In this document: one piece after another, positions 20,601 to 26,761 of the stretch | Layout: every line of letters begins with the position of its first letter | Position numbering within the stretch: position 1 is the stretch's first letter | Source: Lentisphaerota bacterium | GTDB lineage: Bacteria > Verrucomicrobiota > Kiritimatiellia > UBA8416 > JAIOPI01 | Direction of reading: 5' to 3' | DNA: 64,000 nucleotides | Assembly: GCA_021413965.1 (NCBI GenBank) | Contig: JAIOPI010000022.1 | Span: 120,951-184,950, forward strand | The notes under the pieces: generated by a model | The model's database searches: none | Told to the model about the DNA's origin: nothing | What the model saw: only the letters and a program-made list of their open reading frames with translations | Program-made: the position numbers and the translations under genes

Positions 20601-21012
20601 GTTCATCCAGCCCGAGACCGACCAGGATGGCGACGGACTTCCCGATGTCTGGGAAATCGCCCACGGCCTCGACCCGTCGCGTTCAACCAGCAGTGACGGG
20701 GCCGACGGCGATCCTGACGGCGATGGGGCCAGCAACCTGGCGGAGTATACGGCAGATACCGATCCCACGAACGTGCTGTCGGTGCTGGAACTCACGGGGA
20801 TCACGCCAGCGACCAACAACGTCCAGATCTGGTGGAAAGGCGGCACGGGCTCCGTTCAGTCTGTGGAATGGGCCACGTCGCTGTCGGCCGATACCGGCAG
20901 TTGGCAGGTCCTGTATACGCACGCGCCACCCACGCCAGCCTCCAACTCGCTGGTGCACCCCGGGGGAACAAACCGCGCGGCGTTCTACCGGATCAAGGCC
21001 GTTCGTCCATAA
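14605..21012 (+). CDS. Giant secreted multidomain protein (about 2135 aa): beta-helix (lyase-like), 3 Calx-beta domains, GGA-rich (Pmp-like) beta-helices, PKD, choice-of-anchor-Q-like segments, PVC-type C-terminal module
   Basis: Signal peptide ending ARA. HVAVTGND..PGT..PKRTI beta-helix start; Calx-beta repeats; GTSWANAFTDL; N.A..GGG repeats; PKD WDFDSDG...Y..PGSYAVTL; SSCIDTG...DIGAFE. C-terminal DGDGLPDVWE...DGDGASNLAEY...FYRI. ORF track opens at 14575. Confidence 0.85.
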   Translation: MLVRRTWAVTLFVWCAVVMAIQARATVDAYGNFHTLGLVLRPPGPLTADAVSGIRLYEVTPGGNRRLLDPVRVSTFDYFAVSVFDLQPATTYNFRAEYYNLARQLAATETFTGTTRPEPGGTPNPVAQIHVAVTGNDAYPGTVLQPKRTIGAAFAAVTVPGTHVVIHTGTYYEGDLTPPNAGTASAPIVVRAATNEVVILDGSAQNMLQTGWTDRSGGYYSRSFSGDTWLVAFRNRVTGQTFRCYPVSSLSQVLNKYVGSTANTFAKYNITGAYYCSGSAMRLYAPAFVPGGNVDMCVSIRDKAIEHGQDDYIIYDGLTFRFFQGMGIYVNDSNDIIIRNCRFEYVNVPIGVKRNSNRLLVEGCTFIDDCTRWGFLPKGGDGYGYSGYIETGAVNVYGPYDGRGLVFRRNTIDGLFDGLHLCPSPIAPAVDTSETDCYENTIVKALDDLMELDGFSLNVRVFRNYMSNYLSGISIAQAVYGPTYVLYNDLRRHGQSTAVSIDGFQGFPIKSNGGTDYGDTGHVFFFHNSIWTDVAATPAFRVQYANWQKLTMANNIWLGTVDGWFNWQTTCSPVTMAKDIIYAPSGHFLTVSYHTYYDTPADCIEADPSFYFLTNAIAANPRFSDPANGIMTIASNSPAVNAGVIIPGVNDLSFTGSAPDIGAHELGGGVAVAFSVSSATVAESATGTVVQVKLSQAVAQTVTVNYRVTGGSAGDGDDFILNPGLVSFPPGQTLRTFPIRLLPDEEPEGSETAVIQLATPTNAVLGAQSLFTLQIVDDDVPPPVVAFSQAASSAQESPGTLSIPVTLSQAYGLAVTVHVEAVSGTASNGVDYDLPPGDLTFAPGQTELLVVISLIDDSETELDETIGLQLSLPLNATLGTNSAHTVTLVDNDQVRVTFDQASASIAESGGSLPVGISLSAAAPFPVAVDVGVDGGNAVNDTDYVFQAGACLFPPGQTHTNLSILITDDAQTEGNETFQLRLSNAVHAVISPLAVFAGTIRDDDAAVAYVDHDAVGANTGTSWANAFTDLADAMDTVLPLTQLWVAEGTYTPGNTPDAAFVLRENIALHGGFSGIESQLVQRAIGAHPTILSGDLAQNDTANWGSRADNARHVLIGETNNLTLSGLIIRGGNASTGSVFLAENQGGGLWANLVTGLTMSHCVFTDNAAAAGGGMYLRRCAGVVIEDCDFSGNMATEVGADRGSGAIGGEAFVVGQDARISRCRFTGNTAPGGRGGAFYATTTGWEVNFINCLFAGNTAGDVGGGVFLRVYDSQLINCTFSGNTPSAVYVRDASPVAVNSILWGDADEVAIYSGNFSATYTDIDDAALASSSQNLRADPLWRGAPSGTLAAPATYNPRTGLTTLTIAGGGWLPNEHAGRTVNPSTLQQRQFLVHANTTNALTVWGDASALGTNGAHFSLHDYRLSDASPCLDAANAASAPPGDIEGSARPQGLGVDMGAYELGSFRSDFSASPRSGFGPLATTFTAVTYGGSSTGLHYWWDFDSDGSTDLAGTNLNVVTNTYLLPGSYAVTLAVSNALGEVSTITRDAYVQLSPPVIYVSLQGAHQWPYASWSTAATNIADALSVAVDGALVLVSNGVYALENQLILNRAITLKGAFGPNETVLSGRHAVRCLYLANAGAVVDGLTLSEGWGDRGGGAYLDGGGLLTNCVVRHNEVSNEGGGVYVFQAGTVRDSTVASNNCVFTGGGLYLYQGGLAEHVSIEGNTANFGGGISIYLDGEVTSCTIAGNVSVSPDANRESADGGGIYAIGGGRVRDSLILGNRSGDDGGGAYATATSRFERCVFAFNIAGDDAGGFQGGETGGTPGGTLHECLLTSNQASDKGGGMYLWSAALAVNCVVISNTANLGAGVYSRDGGSLQNCTVSLNSAGNNGGGLMSNNGGLTRNTIVNLNYSPLELDVAAIGSPHLYDYVCSSGPLPGNGNTTNDPAFADVTSGNLRLTAGSSCIDTGSDEHAPAIDFDGTPRPKNGDLNGSAQFDIGAFEFIQPETDQDGDGLPDVWEIAHGLDPSRSTSSDGADGDPDGDGASNLAEYTADTDPTNVLSVLELTGITPATNNVQIWWKGGTGSVQSVEWATSLSADTGSWQVLYTHAPPTPASNSLVHPGGTNRAAFYRIKAVRP

Positions 21013-22396
21013 GCACGCCAGGGACCGCCACCTCGGAGGCCGGCTGAACCGCCGGGACGGCCTGGACGGGGAACAGTGCCGTGAAGGTACTGCCCTTCCC
21101 CATGACCGATTCCACTTTGATGACGCCGTGGTGGCTGCGAACAATCCCGAGTACGGCTGCCATGCCCATTCCGTTGCCGTCTTTCTTGGTCGTGAAGAAA
21201 GGTTCGCAAATGCGCCGCCGAGTGGCTTCATCCATGCCGCAGCCCGTATCAGTCACGCGCAAAAATCCGTAACGCCCCGGCACCGGGCCGCTAATGCCAA
21301 CGGTGTCCGTGAGGTAGTCTGCGCCGCAGTCCATCTCACCGGTGGAAACCACGATCCGCCCCGTTAACTCGCCAATGGCGTCACAGGCATTCGTGATCAG
21401 GTTCAAGGCCACCTGGTGAAGCTGGGACTCGTCGGCCTCGATCGGTGCGAGCGTGGCCGCCAGATTCAGTTCCACGCTCACCTTGGCCGGGATTCGCAGC
21501 GCGAGCAGGTTGGACGCATCCTCCGCCACCTTGGACAGATTGACCGAGCGCACATCGCGCGGTGCCCGTCCGGCAAAGGATAGCAGGTGACGGCAGATAT
21601 CCCGCGCCCGGTTGGCCCCCTTCTGAATCTCGCGGATGCTGTCCCGAAATTGGGGATCCACGGGTTCCCTGAGCATCATGAGATCGGCATGCCCCTGGAT
21701 GATCATCAGCAGGTTGTTGAAATCATGCGCCACACCGCCGGCCAGCACGCCCAGGCTCTCCAGCTTCTGGGTCTGCAGGGCGCGCGCCTCCATCCGCCGT
21801 CGCTGCTCCTCGAAGGCCTGCCGCTCCGTGATGTCGCGGACCAGCAGCACGGCGCCATTCTGCCCCACCAATTCGCCGGAAATGATTTCCAGCGGCACCG
21901 TGCCCCCATTCTTGTGCTTGCCCGTGGCCACGCCATAGTGAAAACCGTTGCGCGCCAGGACATCGTAAATCTCCCGCGGGCGCGTCTGGTTCGTGCGCCG
22001 GTCGAAATACAAGATATCCGTCTTCTGGTTCAGCACCTCGCCCGGCTTGCGCCCGAAGATGCGCTCCACCGAGTCGTTGCACATGCGGATGGTCCGGTCC
22101 GGATTCACGATCAGTAGCGTGTCCGGGCTGATGCTGGACACGATCGCTTCCAGATCACTCTTGACGCCCGCCACTTCGCGCCACCGGCGCAACGCGAGCC
22201 AGAGCAGAAAAGCCAACCAGATGAACAGGAAGTTGATCAGCCCGGTCGCCGGTGGAAAGCGGGACATCGACGCCAGGAAATCAAACAGCCGGTCACTGAA
22301 CTGAACCGACAGGTTCAGCACAATCAACAGAAACGCAATCACGATCGCCACGGTGACGACCACGAGGTTGCGGCGGTCAGACTGAGCGGTATGCAT
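20993..22396 (-). CDS. Membrane PAS-domain sensor histidine kinase with intact motifs and no receiver domain
   Basis: 2 TM segments, PAS, H-box GGVAHDFNN, N-box LNLITNACDA, DTGCGM, PFFTTK, GNGMGM, GKGSTF. Confidence 0.92.
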   Translation of the reverse strand: MHTAQSDRRNLVVVTVAIVIAFLLIVLNLSVQFSDRLFDFLASMSRFPPATGLINFLFIWLAFLLWLALRRWREVAGVKSDLEAIVSSISPDTLLIVNPDRTIRMCNDSVERIFGRKPGEVLNQKTDILYFDRRTNQTRPREIYDVLARNGFHYGVATGKHKNGGTVPLEIISGELVGQNGAVLLVRDITERQAFEEQRRRMEARALQTQKLESLGVLAGGVAHDFNNLLMIIQGHADLMMLREPVDPQFRDSIREIQKGANRARDICRHLLSFAGRAPRDVRSVNLSKVAEDASNLLALRIPAKVSVELNLAATLAPIEADESQLHQVALNLITNACDAIGELTGRIVVSTGEMDCGADYLTDTVGISGPVPGRYGFLRVTDTGCGMDEATRRRICEPFFTTKKDGNGMGMAAVLGIVRSHHGVIKVESVMGKGSTFTALFPVQAVPAVQPASEVAVPGVLMDERP

Positions 22397-22415
22397 GCGC
22401 GATCCCGCAATTCTG

Positions 22416-23291
22416 TCAGAACACGATGTAGCATCCCGGCAAGGCGTCGCGAATGCGCCGCTGCTCGTCGGGGGAAATGTGGTTTCGCTGCAGGAGCAGC
22501 CACTTGAGGCCCGTCATGCGGCGCAGGTCGCTATCGCCCGGCAGGCTGGACAGTCCGGTATCGACCAAATCCAGGCGCTGCAAGTTGGGAAGTTCCGTGA
22601 GCACGGCTGGAAACACGGCGAGGGGATTGTGGCTCACGTTCACGTCGGTCAGCCCGGCAAGAGACTTGAATTCAGCCGGCAGCTCATGCAGCTGATTACC
22701 TTGCAGATACAAACGTTGCAGGGCCTGCAGGTGGCCAATTTCCGCCGGGAGCGCTGCCAGTGCGTTGCTATTGAGCCGCAACCACCGCAAGCCGATTAGC
22801 CGCCCCACGCCCGCGGGCAGCGCCGTGAGGGCGTTGCGATCCAGGTTCAGGTAGCGCAGGCTGGCCAAGTCCCCGATCTGTTCCGGCAGGGCACTCAGCG
22901 TGTTGTCATTGAGGTACAGCAATTCCAGTTTCGCCAGCCCACCGATTTCGGCTGGCAGGGCGCTCAGTTGGGCCTCGCCCAAGTCCAGCCATTGCAGATC
23001 CGACAGGCGGCCAATCGCCGGCGGCAGGCTCCCGATGGCATTGTGCCGCAGACTCAGCTTGGCCACGGAGGGAAGGGTTGCGATCTCGGCCGGAAATGCC
23101 GTCAGCCCGCGATCATACAGATTGAGAAAAAGGGGTTCGTTGGCAACGGCCGCGGCACGGGCATCCTCGATGCGCGTGTATTCGGGCATCCGCACAGGGG
23201 CGCTCCACGGCAGGCAGCCCGCCAGGCTGATCACCAGAAGCAGGCCCACGGCTGCGGGCGCCTTCACAAGTCGGGTCTCCAACAAACGCAT
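22416..23291 (-). CDS. Leucine-rich-repeat lipoprotein
   Basis: Lipobox LAGC; about 9-10 repeats of 23 aa, LxxLPxxIGxLxxLxxLxLxxN. Confidence 0.9.
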   Translation of the reverse strand: MRLLETRLVKAPAAVGLLLVISLAGCLPWSAPVRMPEYTRIEDARAAAVANEPLFLNLYDRGLTAFPAEIATLPSVAKLSLRHNAIGSLPPAIGRLSDLQWLDLGEAQLSALPAEIGGLAKLELLYLNDNTLSALPEQIGDLASLRYLNLDRNALTALPAGVGRLIGLRWLRLNSNALAALPAEIGHLQALQRLYLQGNQLHELPAEFKSLAGLTDVNVSHNPLAVFPAVLTELPNLQRLDLVDTGLSSLPGDSDLRRMTGLKWLLLQRNHISPDEQRRIRDALPGCYIVF

Positions 23292-23432
23292 GAAATTCAG
23301 ATTAACACGCGCGCCAAGGGAGTTCCATCACGATTTCCATTCGCGCGCTCATGTGACGGCCGTCCGGACCGGGGCGCGGCTTCGGCCGCGGCACGCCCCC
23401 GCCCGGGCAGGGCTCGCCTGACAAATATCTCC

Positions 23433-23461
23433 TTGCCATACCGGACCCCCATTTCTAGTAT
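23433..23461 (+). promoter_or_regulatory. Sigma70 promoter giving a leaderless transcript
   Basis: TTGCCA-17 nt-TAGTAT, then 7 nt to ATG 23469 with no Shine-Dalgarno. Confidence 0.55.
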
Positions 23462-23468
23462 GCCCCGC

Positions 23469-24200
23469 ATGAAAATCAATGCTTCTTTTGTCGTAGCCCT
23501 GTTCGGTCTGTGCCTCATCACCGCCTCGACCGCGCAGGCAGAGCCGCGTGGTAGCAGCAATCTCGGCCGCGAGTATCTCGTGGGTTCCAGCGACAATAGC
23601 GGCTGGGTCTGCGGTATGTTCTACCACGCGCGCGAACGCCGGGTCGAAGTCAGTGACGTCCCGGGTACGCTGGACGACAAAAAGACCGCCGTCTACGTCG
23701 GCCACACGCTGCTGCCCTGGATGTCCCTCTATGGCATCGCCGGCATCACCGATTCCTCGTTCACCACGGTGTTGCCGTCCAAGAGCGATGAAGCATTCCT
23801 GTATGGCGCCTCGATGAATCTCGACCTGTTCACTCACGAGATTCAGGACCCCGTCCTGATGGAGAACCAGATCCGCGTCAATGGGAACCTGACCTACTAC
23901 GGCAGCCAGACCGAGGTCTTCGGCGAGCAGCAGGCGTTGCAGGACGTGCTGGCCTCGCTGACCGCCAGCGTCGTCAACGACTTGAACGGCGTCTCGTTGT
24001 ACATGCCGGAAAGCATCGCCCTGTTCGGCGGCCCCATCTACTCGGCCAGCCTGAGCAATGACGTGGACGACGGACGTGACGACCAGTTTGGCCTGACCGG
24101 CGGTATCGAGGTGTATCAGACCAAGCGCGTCTCCTATTACTTCCGGATTGAGGAGTTTGCCAAGGTCGGTTACGCGGGCGGCCTGAACGTACGCTTCTAA
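23469..24200 (+). CDS. Putative outer-membrane beta-barrel protein
   Basis: Signal peptide ending AQA, alternating amphipathic strands, C-terminal GLNVRF (Bam-type terminal Phe). Confidence 0.65.
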   Translation: MKINASFVVALFGLCLITASTAQAEPRGSSNLGREYLVGSSDNSGWVCGMFYHARERRVEVSDVPGTLDDKKTAVYVGHTLLPWMSLYGIAGITDSSFTTVLPSKSDEAFLYGASMNLDLFTHEIQDPVLMENQIRVNGNLTYYGSQTEVFGEQQALQDVLASLTASVVNDLNGVSLYMPESIALFGGPIYSASLSNDVDDGRDDQFGLTGGIEVYQTKRVSYYFRIEEFAKVGYAGGLNVRF

Positions 24201-24283
24201 AGGCGGACGACTTGCGCGTCGGAGTGGGTGGCGGACAGGACGGTGCAAGCCACAACGCCCGGGAGCAGGTGCCGCGTGCGGTC

Positions 24284-24973
24284 ATGGGACTGGCGACACC
24301 TGACTTTCGCTCGCGTGGAAGCACAATCCCCCTTTCCTTCTATCGGCGACACGATGTGGTCGCCATAGCCCGCGAACTGCTGGGCAAGCGCCTGTGCACC
24401 TGCCTCCCGTCCACGAACGCCGGCGGACATGGCCGCCCCCGGGCCGTCTTCACAGCCGGGATCATTGCGGAGACTGAGGCCTATGCCGGGCCGGAAGATC
24501 GGGCCTCTCACGCCTATGGGAATCGCCGCACGGCGCGCACATCCATCATGTTTCGCGCCGGCGGCGCGGCTTATGTCTACCTGTGCTACGGCATGCATGC
24601 CTTGTTCAATGTGGTCACGCATGAGCCAGGTGTTCCCCATGCCGTACTCATCCGGGCGATCGTCCCCACCCACGACATCGCCACCATGCTTCGCCGCCGT
24701 GGACGCAAGCAACTGACTCGAACCCTCACGACCGGACCAGGAACCGTGGCTCAGGCGCTGGGGATCACGACCGACCACACCGGCATCAGCCTCGGCGGTC
24801 GACAGATCTGGATTGAGGATGCCGGGATCACCGTCGGGGCTGCCGACGTCGTCGCCAGTCCGCGCGTCGGCGTAGCCTACGCCGGCGCCCATGCCCGCCG
24901 TCCCTGGCGGTTCCAGTGCCCAAAACTCTGGCAGGCCGGGATTGCCGCCCCTCCTCCCCCTCCTGTAAAGTAG
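24284..24973 (+). CDS. mpg: DNA-3-methyladenine glycosylase (AAG/Mpg type)
   Basis: ARELLGK, IAETEAYAGPED.ASHA, AYVYLCYGMH, AVLIRA, GPG and SPRVGV motifs; start uncertain. Confidence 0.9.
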   Translation: MGLATPDFRSRGSTIPLSFYRRHDVVAIARELLGKRLCTCLPSTNAGGHGRPRAVFTAGIIAETEAYAGPEDRASHAYGNRRTARTSIMFRAGGAAYVYLCYGMHALFNVVTHEPGVPHAVLIRAIVPTHDIATMLRRRGRKQLTRTLTTGPGTVAQALGITTDHTGISLGGRQIWIEDAGITVGAADVVASPRVGVAYAGAHARRPWRFQCPKLWQAGIAAPPPPPVK

Positions 24974-24979
24974 CCCCTC

Positions 24980-25720
24980 ATGTTCATGACGATTCAACAT
25001 GTTCTGCGCATGGCGACGCTGGCCGCCGCGTTGGGCGCCCTGTCCGCGCCGGCCGCCGATATGCTGACGCTGGCCGACGGGCAGACCGTGACCGGCACCT
25101 TTCAAGGATATCGCAGCGGCCAGTTTGAAATGCAGTCCGACACTGCCAAACCCGTCAAATACCCCCAGCTACGCGTCACGGCCCTCACGCTATCTCCTCC
25201 CGTCGCCGTGCAAGTGCACCGCCGGGGCGGCAAGAATCTGAACGGCGTTCAACTCACCGGCTACCAGAAGCCGACCTTTGCTTTCGCCACCGACACGGGC
25301 GATCTGCAGATTCCCGGCGTGCAGGTGGCGTCTATTGAGGCCATGCCGGATATGCAGCGGGACATGCAACACGTCGCCGAGTCCGCCCGCACCGCACAAG
25401 CCGCCGTGCCGCACGACGAAACCTTTCGCCTGGCCATCCACACCGGTACCGTCACCGTGATTCAGTTTCACATGGATACCGTGATGTCGAGCGTACGACA
25501 GGGCGGCTACGTCCAATCCCGCTGCGACGACAGCCGCGGGAAACTGAGGTTCGAGCGGGTCGACCTCACCGGCTGGGACGATCCCGTCGCACAGCGCTAC
25601 CACATTGCCTCGGTGCCGCAGTTCTGGTTCTTCGACCGCGAGGGCAACCTCCGCACCAAGCTGACTGACCGCTTCACGACGGACGACATCGATGCCGCCT
25701 TCGCCGCCATGCGGCCCTAG
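24980..25720 (+). CDS. Secreted protein with two small beta domains and a Cys-less thioredoxin-like domain
   Basis: Signal peptide. VTVIQF...RVD...PVAQRYHIASVPQFWFFDREG follows the Trx pattern (cis-Pro) but has no CxxC. Confidence 0.65.
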   Translation: MFMTIQHVLRMATLAAALGALSAPAADMLTLADGQTVTGTFQGYRSGQFEMQSDTAKPVKYPQLRVTALTLSPPVAVQVHRRGGKNLNGVQLTGYQKPTFAFATDTGDLQIPGVQVASIEAMPDMQRDMQHVAESARTAQAAVPHDETFRLAIHTGTVTVIQFHMDTVMSSVRQGGYVQSRCDDSRGKLRFERVDLTGWDDPVAQRYHIASVPQFWFFDREGNLRTKLTDRFTTDDIDAAFAAMRP

Positions 25721-25882
25721 CGCGAGCCCCCCTCGCCCGTCCCGGCCAGGACTCGCGAGCCGTACCGGCAGCGGGCGCGATCGACAAGTGGCGGGACGCC
25801 CCCGCCAGCGGGCGCCATTCACAATCGACAGCGCGCACTCGCCTATGCTACGTTTTCCCACCTATAAGCGTTTGAGGGCCTC

Positions 25883-26761
25883 ATGAAGCGCGCCGCTGAA
25901 ATCATCGAGTATCTGTCCCGCCCCGATGCGTCACATGCGGTGCTTCTCGCCCCGAACGCCCCTCCCGTCACGCGCACGTTCCGGGGCGTCGAAGTGGCCC
26001 TGAACGTGGTCATGGATGCCGGGGACATTTACGATACGTTGAAGGCCTTGCTCAGCATGGCGGGCCACCACGATGAGGAACCGGTGCGGGAGAGCGGCAC
26101 CTTTTCCTTTTCGATGCCTTCCGTCGGCCGGTTCCGGGTACACTATGCCACCCAGCGCGGCAGCAAGGTGGCCCGCGTCGCGGTCATCCCCTACACGATT
26201 CCGGACCTCGCCCACGTGTGCGCCGATCCTGAGGCGGCCAGACAGGCCAGTGCCGTGGTGGGCTCCGCCAAGTCCGGCATCATCGCCGTCACCGGCCCCG
26301 ACGGGACCTGCAACAATGCGCTGGTCTACGCCCTGCTGCGGGAACTGAACCAGTCGCAGCGGTTCGTCATCTACATCATCGAGCGCGCCCTCACCTTCCT
26401 GGTGGCGCACGGCGAATCGATCATCATCCAGACGGAACTGGGCTCCGATATCGACACGCTGGAGAAGGGGCTCGCGAACGCGTTCATGTTTGAGCCCAAT
26501 GTGGTCTTTGTCGGCGATGTGCGCGCGACGGACAGCATTCCCAGCCTGATGCATGCGGTGGGGGCCGGCATGCTCACCATCGTCAGCAGCGTCGCCATCA
26601 CGGGAGAGCACATGATTAACCAGTATGCGCCCCAGTCTTTGGCCGGTGGAACCGTCAGTGACGCCTTTGTCCGCTGCGCCATCCGCGTGACGCCGTTGGC
26701 AGACGGGCGGCTTGCCGTCCATGTGCGCGACTTGTCCGGCGAAGGCGGGCGTCCCTCATGA
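25883..26761 (+). CDS. Degenerate PilT/PilU-like protein (pseudo-ATPase)
   Basis: PilT N-domain (FSFSMPSVGRFRV..ATQRG..RVAVIP). Walker A GPDGTCNN, Walker B VVFVGDVR, Asp and His boxes eroded. Confidence 0.8.
   Translation: MKRAAEIIEYLSRPDASHAVLLAPNAPPVTRTFRGVEVALNVVMDAGDIYDTLKALLSMAGHHDEEPVRESGTFSFSMPSVGRFRVHYATQRGSKVARVAVIPYTIPDLAHVCADPEAARQASAVVGSAKSGIIAVTGPDGTCNNALVYALLRELNQSQRFVIYIIERALTFLVAHGESIIIQTELGSDIDTLEKGLANAFMFEPNVVFVGDVRATDSIPSLMHAVGAGMLTIVSSVAITGEHMINQYAPQSLAGGTVSDAFVRCAIRVTPLADGRLAVHVRDLSGEGGRPS

Noticed and set aside
163-20846. Long antisense ORFs over the giant genes (e.g. 163-1131, 3559-4971, 16102-17937)
   Set aside because: Shadow ORFs expected from high-GC codon bias; no recognisable motifs, and they fully overlap well-supported genes
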